Notes under the pieces: generated by a model | Told to the model about the DNA's origin: nothing | What the model saw: the letters and a program-made list of their open reading frames with translations, nothing else | Databases searched by the model: none | Program-made: the position numbers and the translations under genes | Shown here: positions 39,148 through 48,812 of the stretch, piece after piece | Position numbering within the stretch: the stretch's first letter is position 1 | Layout of the letters: every line of letters starts with the position of its first letter | NCBI GenBank assembly: GCA_030668825.1 | Contig: DAOVET010000007.1 | Location: forward strand, 1 to 56,328 | Length of the DNA: 56,328 nt | Direction of reading: 5' to 3' | Origin: Candidatus Heimdallarchaeota archaeon | GTDB taxonomy: Archaea; Asgardarchaeota; Heimdallarchaeia; Heimdallarchaeales; Heimdallarchaeaceae

Positions 39148-40230
39148 ATCTTTGCAGTTGGGACTAACATATTTATTTGGTTGAAATTGTTGTTTGAGAA
39201 TAAACTAGATATTTCTTGGAAAAAACTTCCTCATGTTTTTGTAATAACTTTTATAATTATACTTTTTACACCTCTAGCCATAATTGAAAGATTGCTTGTT
39301 TGGAGAAAACTAGGTGAAGTTGAACTGAAACATCAGCCAATATTCATACTTGGACATTGGCGTCAAGGAACAACATTTCTACATGAACTCTTTAACTGTA
39401 ATCCTGACTATGAATTCATGGCACTTTTTGAGAGTGTATTTCCTAATCACTTTCTCTATTCTTCTTCGTTTTTAAGATGGTTTCTTAATCTTTTTCTTCC
39501 CGAAACAAGACCTCAAGATGACTTGAAAATTACTTCTGATTTACCTAGTGAACATGATTTTGCAATCGCTAACCTAAGCTCTATGTCACCCTATTCCGGA
39601 GCATATTTTCCTAATAACCAGGATGCTTACAACAAGTATGTTACTCTTGAGGGATTATCTGAAAAACAAATTGGGAAAATAAAAAGTAGTTTTAGATACT
39701 TGATGAAAAAATTGATAGTTAAGAAAAAATACAAAAGATTAGTTCTAAAAAGTCCTGTTGATACTGCTCGGGTTGGATTCCTGTTAGAGCTGTTTCCAGA
39801 CGCGAAATATATTCATATTACTCGTAATCCCTACGAAGTTTACTACTCAACAAAAAGAATGCACCAGAAATTAGTTCCTATTTTTCAGCTTCAAGAGGGA
39901 TATCCAGATCTGGATAAATTTGTTCTTGAGATATATGAAGGAATGTATACTAAGTTCTACAAAGAAGTAGATTTAATACCTAAAGAAAATTTCATCGAAA
40001 TTAGATATGAAGAATTCATAGCAAATCCGGTAGATGAAATGGAAAAAATATATGATTCTTTATCACTACCAAGATTTAATGAAGCTAAGCCATATATTGA
40101 GAATTATATTGAAAAAAATAAGGGCTACACTCCTAGCAAATACAACATTCCACCTGAAGAAAAGAAAAGAATTTTCACACGATGGCAAAATATTTTCGAA
40201 AAGATGAAATATGAAAAAGCGTTCATCTAA
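39148..40230 (+). CDS. Sulfotransferase (Stf3-like); start probably ATC at 39148 rather than TTG at 39181
   Basis: GHWRQGTT PAPS-binding loop, RPQDD, LKSP, HITRNP..VYYS, IRYEEF; N-terminus aligns with the paralog from 39148. Confidence 0.85.
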   Translation: MFAVGTNIFIWLKLLFENKLDISWKKLPHVFVITFIIILFTPLAIIERLLVWRKLGEVELKHQPIFILGHWRQGTTFLHELFNCNPDYEFMALFESVFPNHFLYSSSFLRWFLNLFLPETRPQDDLKITSDLPSEHDFAIANLSSMSPYSGAYFPNNQDAYNKYVTLEGLSEKQIGKIKSSFRYLMKKLIVKKKYKRLVLKSPVDTARVGFLLELFPDAKYIHITRNPYEVYYSTKRMHQKLVPIFQLQEGYPDLDKFVLEIYEGMYTKFYKEVDLIPKENFIEIRYEEFIANPVDEMEKIYDSLSLPRFNEAKPYIENYIEKNKGYTPSKYNIPPEEKKRIFTRWQNIFEKMKYEKAFI

Positions 40231-40262
40231 AATTTAATAAGGTTTAGAAAGTAACTTAGTAT

Positions 40263-41363
40263 TTGGTTGTAATTACAATGTTTGCTGTTGGTGCAAACTT
40301 TAGAACATGGATGAGGTTATTGATTGAGAATCAGTTTAACCTATCTCTAAAAAGAATACCACAAATTTTCTTTATCACTCTACTTGTAGTATTTTTCACT
40401 CCTTTTGGTTGGATAGAAGCTTTGCTTTTCAATCGTAAAGTAAAGAATATAAAATTAGAAAAAGATCCGCTCTTCATTCTAGGTCACTGGAGAAATGGAA
40501 CAACCTTTCTCCAAGAATTACTTATTCGAAACCCCAATCATAATTGTATGACTGTGTTCGAATCAATCTTCTCCAATCATTTTCTGTATTTTGAAAAACT
40601 GATGAAATGGCTACTTGGTTTGTTTTTACCAGAAACTAGACCTCAAGATGATGTTAAATTTGGTGTAGATTCACCACATGAACATGAGATTGCAATTGCC
40701 AATCTGTGTTCAATGTCTCCATTCTTGGGGGGTTATTTCCCTTTGAATGTTGAGTTCTACGGTCGATATGCTTTATTTAAAGGCTTATCTCAGAATCAAA
40801 TAAACAAAATCAAATTTTATACAGACTATGTTATCAAAAAACTTTATCTGAAAAAAGGGAACAAATTACTAATTCTGAAAAGTCCATTTGATACAGCAAA
40901 AGTTGACCTTCTTATAGATCTTTATCCCAACGCCAAATTTGTTCATATTTATAGAGACCCATATGAGGTATTCTTTTCAACAAAACGATTGCATGAAAGA
41001 ACAGGTAAACTCCTTAGATTACAAAAAGGGTATCCAGATCTAAATAAGTTTATTCTCAATTCTTATAGAGATATCTATGAGAAATATTACAAAGACAAAA
41101 AACTAGTTCCAAAACATAATTTAGTTGAAATCAAATATGAAGATTTCATAGCTGATCCTATAACTTTCATAAAGCAGATTTATGATAAACTTAATCTCGA
41201 AGGTTTTGAAGAAGCTTTACCTGAAATTGAAGAATATCTTACAAGTGAGAAAGACTATGAAAGACATAAGTATAACATTTCGTTAAAAGACAAACAAATG
41301 ATTTATTCTTATTTGCACACAATAATTGATAAAATGGGATATAATAAACCAAAACAAGCTTAA
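40263..41363 (+). CDS. Sulfotransferase (Stf3-like), tandem paralog
   Basis: GHWRNGTT, RPQDD, LKSP, HIYRDP..VFFS, IKYEDF; likely start ATG at 40278. Confidence 0.88.
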   Translation: MVVITMFAVGANFRTWMRLLIENQFNLSLKRIPQIFFITLLVVFFTPFGWIEALLFNRKVKNIKLEKDPLFILGHWRNGTTFLQELLIRNPNHNCMTVFESIFSNHFLYFEKLMKWLLGLFLPETRPQDDVKFGVDSPHEHEIAIANLCSMSPFLGGYFPLNVEFYGRYALFKGLSQNQINKIKFYTDYVIKKLYLKKGNKLLILKSPFDTAKVDLLIDLYPNAKFVHIYRDPYEVFFSTKRLHERTGKLLRLQKGYPDLNKFILNSYRDIYEKYYKDKKLVPKHNLVEIKYEDFIADPITFIKQIYDKLNLEGFEEALPEIEEYLTSEKDYERHKYNISLKDKQMIYSYLHTIIDKMGYNKPKQA

Positions 41364-41498
41364 GAATACAATTATTCAAACTTTTGACAGTTTGAACAGA
41401 TATAGTTGTTTGTGTCAGCAACACTTATTTTTTTCAATTTTAGTACTGCAGTTTGGACAAGTTTTCCTGCACTTTTTGAACTAATTATTCTCTCACAT

Positions 41499-42011
41499 TC
41501 ACTTCTCAGGAGGGATAGTAACAAAATATCTACCTTCAGTATGAGAACCTCGCAGCTTCCAGATACTAAAACCAACTCCAAAACATGAAATCTTAGGATC
41601 GGGTTCTATTTTAATGAAAACAAGTTCTTCATTTTTCTTAAAATTAATATCTGCAATTATCAATTTCAGAATTCTCTTCTCAAAAAAAATTTCAATTATA
41701 TCCCTTGAATTTAATGGGACTAATTTAGCAATACCATTCAATGTAATTGTACCTGAAGGGACAAAACGTAAGTGATGATGCGGAAAAGGAATAATGAAAG
41801 ATATTTTCGGATTATTCTTGATGTTTCTTATTTTCTTATATTTCTTTGAAGTTAGAAGATATAAAGCAAATTCAGCATCAGGTTTTGAAACTGCATATAG
41901 AATTCCTGTTGTATGAGGAGTCCCATCTAAATTCAAAGTATTAAGTATTCCAAATGTTTTTTTTCGTATTTCTCGCTCAATAAAAGAAAAGCTGAACTTA
42001 GTCATAGACAA
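41499..42011 (-). CDS. Pyridoxamine 5'-phosphate oxidase-like (split-barrel flavin-binding) protein
   Basis: GILNTLNLDGTPH, KIRNIKNNPKISF. Confidence 0.75.
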   Translation of the reverse strand: MSMTKFSFSFIEREIRKKTFGILNTLNLDGTPHTTGILYAVSKPDAEFALYLLTSKKYKKIRNIKNNPKISFIIPFPHHHLRFVPSGTITLNGIAKLVPLNSRDIIEIFFEKRILKLIIADINFKKNEELVFIKIEPDPKISCFGVGFSIWKLRGSHTEGRYFVTIPPEK

Positions 42012-42112
42012 ACATCTTCACCCACAATTAGAGAAATTACAAAGAATATAAGCATATTTCATCTTCCTTCTGCTTAAATGACTTTTTAAAGTAAAAACTA
42101 AATACAAATACA

Positions 42113-42586
42113 ATGAATAAAATGAATGAAAAAACTAAGCAATTATTGGAGGAATTAATGGAAAGGCCTTACTCAGCATATCTAGCGACGATTGATGAAA
42201 ATGGTTTTCCATCCATAAGAACTGTTTTCAATTTGCGATGTAAAGAGAAATTTGCTCATCCTGCTAAAGTAATTAAAGAGTATGACGATAATCCTTATAC
42301 TATCTATATATCTACTAACACTTCTTCAGTCAAGATGAAACATATCCTAAATGACCAGAGAATTGCTTTGTATTTCAGTATTCCAGACGAAGTTAAAGGA
42401 ATCATGTTACAAGGGAAAGCTGAAGTATTGGAAGATAAGGAATTTAAAAAGAATATTTGGATGGATAATTGGAAAATCTATTACCCATTAGGATATGATG
42501 ATCCTGATTTTACAATTCTCAAACTAAAGCCTAAGATTCTGAGAGGATGGTTCAGAGGACCCCATAAACACAAATTTACTGATTGA
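42113..42586 (+). CDS. Pyridoxamine 5'-phosphate oxidase-like / general stress protein
   Basis: YLATIDENGFPSIR, STNTSS.K, GIMLQG, DDPDF. Confidence 0.8.
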   Translation: MNKMNEKTKQLLEELMERPYSAYLATIDENGFPSIRTVFNLRCKEKFAHPAKVIKEYDDNPYTIYISTNTSSVKMKHILNDQRIALYFSIPDEVKGIMLQGKAEVLEDKEFKKNIWMDNWKIYYPLGYDDPDFTILKLKPKILRGWFRGPHKHKFTD

Positions 42587-42651
42587 TTTTTTGTTCAATT
42601 TTACAAATAGATTTCAAACAGCTTTATTAGGAGAAATGAGATAGAGCACCT

Positions 42652-43191
42652 ATGACATCCAGAAAGGAAATAGATGTTAAGGATGTATGCATTGATTTAC
42701 TAGAGATAGCAGATATTAATTTTCTAACAAATTTACAAGGTTTAAAACCGGAAGATGTAGAAGTTAAAGCCCACTCTGAAATAAACTCAATCAAAACAAT
42801 AGTAAGACATTGTGTCCGACAAATGGATAGGACTATTGAAACTTATACAAATAATAGAGTAATGAAAGATCAAAAGGAGTATTCATTCAAGGAAATAATA
42901 GATATGTATCTTCAAATCTCTCAAACTTTCTTTGGAATGCTAAGAGAATTTCCACTAGAAGCATATAATGATAATCCTGGAGGAACTGGGGAAATCCTAA
43001 ATAAGAGGATACAAAGGATAGCCCTTCACTACCTTGGACATACTGGTCAAGTCGTTCTCATCAGAAAAATGCTAGGAAGAGGAATTGCAGGTGCTTATAG
43101 TTTTGTTAAAGCAATGTCAATACCTACTAGAAAGAAAATTAGAAAAGAATGGCTAGAATGGTGGTCTGAAAGTAAAGAAGATTTTTCCTAA
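42652..43191 (+). CDS. DinB/DUF664-like protein
   Basis: NSI..IVRH and HYLGHTGQ His motifs. Confidence 0.75.
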   Translation: MTSRKEIDVKDVCIDLLEIADINFLTNLQGLKPEDVEVKAHSEINSIKTIVRHCVRQMDRTIETYTNNRVMKDQKEYSFKEIIDMYLQISQTFFGMLREFPLEAYNDNPGGTGEILNKRIQRIALHYLGHTGQVVLIRKMLGRGIAGAYSFVKAMSIPTRKKIRKEWLEWWSESKEDFS

Positions 43192-43248
43192 TTTTAATCC
43201 ACAGATAAAGTAATTTTATTCTAAAGTAAAGGTTTTAAATGCAACTTT

Positions 43249-44127
43249 TTGCATTCTCTTGTTATGTCTCAACAAGAGCAAGTATTCAATAATATACTCA
43301 TATCAGAATTCGAAGAAGCTGCTAAAGAACAATATGTAAAAGTTTCAGATGGTTCTGAAATTAGAATCTTAACAACTAAAGCTCTTAAAGGAGAAGTAAA
43401 TGGATATACTCTTTTACTTATTCCAGGCTGGGGTACAGTTGTACCAGGTTGGGAAGAAGTCCTCATGGAAGCTATCAATGATTTTGATATCCTCTACATT
43501 GAATCCAGAGAAAAAATGTCTTTTCGTCCAGGGCAAGGGAAAATCAAAAATGATATAGAAAGACTTGCTTTGGATGTTCGGGAGATTATAGAATATCTAG
43601 AAATTGATCAAAATAAAATGGTAACTCTTACTTCTTCTTTCAGCACTTTAACAATTGCAAATCTTCTGGGTTCTAAGAAGATTAAACCAGCTTTATCGGT
43701 TCTCATTGGACCTGTATTTCAATTTAATATGCCTTCAGCAACTAGATACGTAACGCATATTGTACCTCTCTTCCTCGTTTCTATGACTAAACCAATATGG
43801 CGGTGGTGGGTTAAGAAATTCAAAAGCGAGGATCCTGTTCAAGCGGCGAAGTATATTAGATCTTTAGATGAAGCTGATTTTAAGAAGTGGAAAGCCGTTG
43901 CAAAAAGAGTTTGTTTTACTAAGGTTTGGGATTTATACAGACAAATAGAAGATAATTATGTTGTAGTCATAGGAATGGAAACTGATAAAATGCATACTAT
44001 TAAACAATCAAAAGACATAACTGCAGCGATCCCTAATGCAGAATACATAGATATGGGTACCAATCGAGCTACACATTCTGCAGAAATGATAAAAGTTATT
44101 AGAGAATTAATGAAGAAAATATCTTAA
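43249..44127 (+). CDS. Alpha/beta hydrolase fold protein
   Basis: LLLIPGWG, nucleophile-elbow-like TSSFS, D and C-terminal H (THS); start likely ATG at 43264. Confidence 0.65.
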   Translation: MHSLVMSQQEQVFNNILISEFEEAAKEQYVKVSDGSEIRILTTKALKGEVNGYTLLLIPGWGTVVPGWEEVLMEAINDFDILYIESREKMSFRPGQGKIKNDIERLALDVREIIEYLEIDQNKMVTLTSSFSTLTIANLLGSKKIKPALSVLIGPVFQFNMPSATRYVTHIVPLFLVSMTKPIWRWWVKKFKSEDPVQAAKYIRSLDEADFKKWKAVAKRVCFTKVWDLYRQIEDNYVVVIGMETDKMHTIKQSKDITAAIPNAEYIDMGTNRATHSAEMIKVIRELMKKIS

Positions 44128-44145
44128 TTTTCCAGAACTGAAATT

Positions 44146-45417
44146 CTAGTTTATTTCTTTTAGTTCAAGAAACTTACTAACAGACATGTAAGCTTCTTTT
44201 TCAAGTAGTCTTAGTGTTTTATTCTGCTTTTCTTGAAGATATTTATCTATGTAAGGTGTGACAACTTTATCTAAATCCAATTTACTTCTCTCTTCATTAC
44301 TCATTTGGGAGATATCTTTTGAGAAAGAATTCAGATAGTTCGCAGCTAAATTGAGTTGCCTAGTTTCGTACTTTGAGCTTTTTATGAAAAAACTCTTTAG
44401 ATAAGCTAAGCGATGTAGAACCTCTGCAATCATTAGATTGGTCTCAATTCTCCCTTCAGGAACATATCTCTTCGAAGTATAATCTATTTTTAATTCATAC
44501 CCAAGTTTATATCCCCTAATCTCAGGCCATATCAACCCTAGTTCTTCGAGCTTGGTTGAATCAAGATTACCATATTTATCTTCATTTCCATAAAGTTCCT
44601 TATATTTGTGGTAGTATTTGGGGAAATGATCTTGGAGAGCTTTCATGAATTGGTTTTTGTTTCTCCCAGGTTTAAGAGTTAAACCCCAACAGTATATGAA
44701 TTCTGCTCCCACATCTTTACCTGTTTTATAGATTGAATTCATGTTTTCAACAGTATCGCCTATAAAAGGAAGAGTAGGATAGAAATAGATCCCAGAATGT
44801 ATTCCTTCATCTCTTAACTTTTCGATAGCTTCGAATCGCTCTTGAGATGTACTAGCATTAGGTTCAAAGATTTTCTGTTTTTTCTCATCAGCTAAAGTTA
44901 TCGTGAAGCTTGCACAAGCATAGCTTTCTTCATTGATTTTTTTTAATAGATCCAAATCACGAAGAATTAGTTTATTTTTGGTGAGGAAGAAAACAGGAAT
45001 CTTATAATCATAAGCTATTTGCAGAAGCTTTCTAGTCATTTTTACTTCTTTTTCAACTGGTTGGTAAACATCACAAACTCCACCACCGATGAATAGAACA
45101 AACTTCTTTGTTTTAGAAGAATCTGCAGATTCTCTCAAATTTGGGAAGTAATCTACCAGTGTGGATGTTTTTTCTCGGTTTACTGGAAATAAGCCTTGTT
45201 TCTTAAAATAAAGTTCTAATAATTCTGGAGCATTTTTCTTTACTCTAATTCTCTGACCAAAATCGTCATGCATGTAATAACTTTCAGATTTACCATCACA
45301 ATAAACGCAATCATGTTCACACCCTTGATATGGATTAAGATAGACTTCAGCCCATGAAAACAGTGATGTTCTTGCAGTTCGAACTAGTGATTTTGCATCA
45401 TATTCTTCGATTATCAT
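44146..45417 (-). CDS. Radical SAM protein, spore-photoproduct-lyase-like family
   Basis: NPYQGCEHDCVYCDG (CxxxCxxC), DVYQPVE, LTK, RDLDLL, FEPNA. Confidence 0.88.
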   Translation of the reverse strand: MIIEEYDAKSLVRTARTSLFSWAEVYLNPYQGCEHDCVYCDGKSESYYMHDDFGQRIRVKKNAPELLELYFKKQGLFPVNREKTSTLVDYFPNLRESADSSKTKKFVLFIGGGVCDVYQPVEKEVKMTRKLLQIAYDYKIPVFFLTKNKLILRDLDLLKKINEESYACASFTITLADEKKQKIFEPNASTSQERFEAIEKLRDEGIHSGIYFYPTLPFIGDTVENMNSIYKTGKDVGAEFIYCWGLTLKPGRNKNQFMKALQDHFPKYYHKYKELYGNEDKYGNLDSTKLEELGLIWPEIRGYKLGYELKIDYTSKRYVPEGRIETNLMIAEVLHRLAYLKSFFIKSSKYETRQLNLAANYLNSFSKDISQMSNEERSKLDLDKVVTPYIDKYLQEKQNKTLRLLEKEAYMSVSKFLELKEIN

Positions 45418-45578
45418 AATACGACCATTTTAAGTCAAGTAAGGTTTCATTATAAGAATATGACAATGGGAATAATAATATTACTAAAAAGAAAAATTAT
45501 TTTTATATTGAAAACATACATTTAACATAACTTGAAAAACTGAAGAATTGTGTGATATTATACAAGTGAGAGTTAGCT

Positions 45579-47930
45579 ATGGAAGACAAGATCATTATTC
45601 AGACATCTGTAAGGAATCTAGTGGAATATGTACTCAGAAAAGGGGATATTTCATATGGATTCTTCAGTCAGTCTAGATTGGTCGAAGGGACTAAAGTACA
45701 TCAGAAGATTCAAGGTTCAAGAGGGAAAGATTATCAGAAGGAAGTTCATATTGCTGAAGATATTATAAGAAAAAATGCAATTATAAGTCTTAGAGGACGT
45801 ATTGATGGTGTTTTTGAGAAAGAGGGTGTGACTTTCATTGAAGAAATTAAAAGCACATCACAGAATTTTATCGGTCTATCAAAAGAATCAAATGAGAACT
45901 ATTGGGCTCAAGCAAAATTCTATGCTTTTCTGTATGCTAGAAAACACAAGATGGAAGAAATTAACGTTCAACTGACATATTATCAAATCAATACCAAACA
46001 GATCAAATTATTTACAATTAGGTACTCTCTCCAAGAACTCGAAAAGTTCTGTTTAAACATTATTGATCAATATTTAGAATGGGCAGTTACTTTGTCAAAT
46101 TGGCTGAAAAAGAGAAGTTCGAGTATCAATAATCTATCTTTCCCATTTCCATCTTTTCGAAAAGGTCAGGAGAAGATGATTAAAATTGTTGAAGAGGTTC
46201 TTTCAGAAAAGAATAAGCTTCTATGTCAAGCTCCTACAGGAATAGGCAAAACTATTGGAGCTGTTTATCCTTCAATAAAACTACTTAGAACTAGCTTTGA
46301 CTCAAAAATCTTCTATCTCACAGCAAAAACGACTACAAGATTTATAGCAGAAGAAACATTGGATATACTTAGAAAAGCAGGTTTGAGTTTGAAATCTGTT
46401 TCAATCACTGCTAAAGCAAAAATCTGTTTTAAAGAGAAAGACATATGTGACCCGAATTACTGTGAGTATGCCAGAGGACACTTCAATAGAGTAAATACAG
46501 CTATCAAAGATATTTTTAAGGAAGAAGCTTTTACAAAGTCAATAATTGAAAAATATGCTAGGAAACACAAAGTATGTCCCTTTGAGTTGTCTTTAGATTT
46601 AGCTCTCTGGTCTGATTGTATAATCTGTGATTATAATTATGCATTTGACCCAAGGGTTTTTCTCAAACGTTTCTTTGCTGAAGAAAAAGGAGATTATACT
46701 TTCTTGATTGATGAAGCTCATAATTTGGTGGATAGAGCCAGAAAGATGTTCTCAGCAGAACTTCTGAAAAAACCCATTCTGAAACTAAGAAGAGCAACTA
46801 AAGAGGTAATACCAGAAATCTCCAAAATTCTGAATAAAATCAACCAATATATGATTAAAATTAGAAAAAAATGTGAGGAGAAAGAACATTTTTACATTGT
46901 TCAGAAAGAACTACCAGATGAAGAACTTCTCAAGATGTTAAGAGAATTCTCAAACTTAACTTCAGATTGGTTGGAGTTGAACATTCCTACTGATTTCAGA
47001 GAGGAATTGTTAGAGTTGTTTTTTGATGTTAGAAATTTCTTTCGTGTTGCAGAAGAATATGACAGTTATTATGTAACATACTTTAGGAAATATAGAAGCA
47101 ACGTGATGATTAAATTATACTGTATAGATCCATCAAAATTGTTAAAGAAAGCCCTCAATAGAGGAAATACAGCAATTTTCTATTCAGCCACTTTAACACC
47201 TTTGGATTATTTTGCTTATCTTCTTGGTGGAGATAAAGGAAGCACTAAGATGCAGCTACCATCACCCTTTCCAAAGGAAAATTTAGCTCTAATGATAGAA
47301 GATCATATCTCTACTAGATATGTTGATAGAGAACAATCTTACAAAGAAGTAGCTGATCTCATTCTTAGAGTGACTAAACCTAAGATAGGAAATTATCTGA
47401 TTTATTTTCCATCATATGTGTATTTAGAGAATGTTTTAGAGGAGTTCGAGGAAGTTAAGGAAGAAGCTGAAATCATTGTTCAAACTAAAGGAATGACAGA
47501 ACAGCAAAGAATAGAATTTTTGGAAAAATTCTCAAATTTTGGAAAGACAACACTAATTGGATTTGCAGTGATGGGAGGAATATTTGGAGAAGGTATTGAT
47601 CTCATTGGTGAAAAATTGTCTGGTGCAGTTGTTGTAGGAGTAGGATTACCTAAAGTAAGCCTAGAACAAAATCTCATAAAAGACTATTTTGATGCAGAAA
47701 ATGGCAAGGGATTCTTATTTGCTTATACTTTTCCTGGAATGAATAAGGTGATGCAAGCAGTTGGTAGGGTTATTAGAACTGGAAAGGATCAAGGAGTTGT
47801 TCTTCTAATTGGGGACAGATATTCAACAAATACCTATACAAAGCTATTTCCTGAAGCATGGCAGAATATTAAGCTAATAAACAATAAAAAACAGTTATCT
47901 AAAATGATAGAAAGTTTTTGGGAAGAATAA
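45579..47930 (+). CDS. Rad3/XPD/DinG-family Fe-S helicase with N-terminal PD-(D/E)XK nuclease domain
   Basis: RGRIDG..IEEIKS and QAKFY; APTGIGKT, four Cys (KICF, ICD..YC, VCPF), DYNY, DEAHNL, SATL, QAVGRVIR. Confidence 0.92.
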   Translation: MEDKIIIQTSVRNLVEYVLRKGDISYGFFSQSRLVEGTKVHQKIQGSRGKDYQKEVHIAEDIIRKNAIISLRGRIDGVFEKEGVTFIEEIKSTSQNFIGLSKESNENYWAQAKFYAFLYARKHKMEEINVQLTYYQINTKQIKLFTIRYSLQELEKFCLNIIDQYLEWAVTLSNWLKKRSSSINNLSFPFPSFRKGQEKMIKIVEEVLSEKNKLLCQAPTGIGKTIGAVYPSIKLLRTSFDSKIFYLTAKTTTRFIAEETLDILRKAGLSLKSVSITAKAKICFKEKDICDPNYCEYARGHFNRVNTAIKDIFKEEAFTKSIIEKYARKHKVCPFELSLDLALWSDCIICDYNYAFDPRVFLKRFFAEEKGDYTFLIDEAHNLVDRARKMFSAELLKKPILKLRRATKEVIPEISKILNKINQYMIKIRKKCEEKEHFYIVQKELPDEELLKMLREFSNLTSDWLELNIPTDFREELLELFFDVRNFFRVAEEYDSYYVTYFRKYRSNVMIKLYCIDPSKLLKKALNRGNTAIFYSATLTPLDYFAYLLGGDKGSTKMQLPSPFPKENLALMIEDHISTRYVDREQSYKEVADLILRVTKPKIGNYLIYFPSYVYLENVLEEFEEVKEEAEIIVQTKGMTEQQRIEFLEKFSNFGKTTLIGFAVMGGIFGEGIDLIGEKLSGAVVVGVGLPKVSLEQNLIKDYFDAENGKGFLFAYTFPGMNKVMQAVGRVIRTGKDQGVVLLIGDRYSTNTYTKLFPEAWQNIKLINNKKQLSKMIESFWEE

Positions 47931-47932
47931 TA

Positions 47933-48511
47933 TTAAAGTTCTCCACGCAAGTAATGTTGAATCGCTTCTGTCTGAGTACTCTTTATGATTTCGCTGACTA
48001 AGATCTGAAAAGCATCATTAACATTGTCTCCAAATTTAGCAGAAGTTTCAATGTAAGGGATGTTATATCCACTCCAATTTGAGAGGGATTTCGCGTATTT
48101 CTCGCCATATTCAGCAGGAATGGTATTATATAATGAACCACGTAAATCGTTTTTATTCCCAATTAAAACTAAAGGAACTTTTCTATTTTGATTATTCTTA
48201 AGTAATTCTCTAACCCAATCTGAAAGGTTCTCATAAGAATCAGGACGAGTTAAATCAAAGACTAGAAGAGCACCTCTAACTCCTTTGTAAAATCCTTCAC
48301 GAACAGCTGAAAATCGAGGTTGACCAGCAAGATCCCAGATAATTAATGTAACTTCGTAGTCATCAACATGCATCACTTTGGTAGCGAAATCAGCGCCTAA
48401 AGTCATTTGATAATCGCGATCGAATCCTTCTCCTATAAAATTTTTCCGTAAACTCGTCTTTCCGACCGCGCCTTCACCAAGTAGCGCTATTTTAAACTTC
48501 TTTGTTTCCAG
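47933..48511 (-). CDS. Rab-like small GTPase (192 aa, CTG start)
   Basis: Extending upstream of the called ATG gives (M)ETKKFKIALLGEGAVGKTS (G1); also TLGADF, WDLAGQ (G3), NKND (G4), ETSAK (G5); GGTGA RBS at 48517-48521. Confidence 0.9.
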   Translation of the reverse strand: METKKFKIALLGEGAVGKTSLRKNFIGEGFDRDYQMTLGADFATKVMHVDDYEVTLIIWDLAGQPRFSAVREGFYKGVRGALLVFDLTRPDSYENLSDWVRELLKNNQNRKVPLVLIGNKNDLRGSLYNTIPAEYGEKYAKSLSNWSGYNIPYIETSAKFGDNVNDAFQILVSEIIKSTQTEAIQHYLRGEL

Positions 48512-48812
48512 TTAAGTCACCATGCTTTTTATTCTAATTAATACTAGTAATTGAAATCTATTATATGCCTTTTGGTTGGTTAAGAATACTATCTGTATAT
48601 GTTTGGCGGATTTCACTTATTTTTCCGACAAAAACCTTATGTGTGTATGTTTCCACGCATATAAGCTAAATTACTCTAGTGTTCTTTTTTCTACACACTT
48701 GCATTACATTTGGTTGAAAAAATGCGTCTTTACCTATATCTCAATTCAAAACAGGAGAGTTCTAAGTTGATTTCATTTTTCTTAAGAAAAAAAAGAAGGA
48801 AGGTTTTCCTTT

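Noticed and set aside
45579-46100. Cas4-like nuclease domain suggesting a CRISPR-Cas locus
   Set aside because: It is fused to a Rad3/DinG helicase, and no cas1/cas2 or repeat-spacer array is present in the window.
48576-48770. 64-aa ORF upstream of the GTPase
   Set aside because: Atypical Cys/Phe-rich composition and no RBS; more likely promoter or leader DNA.
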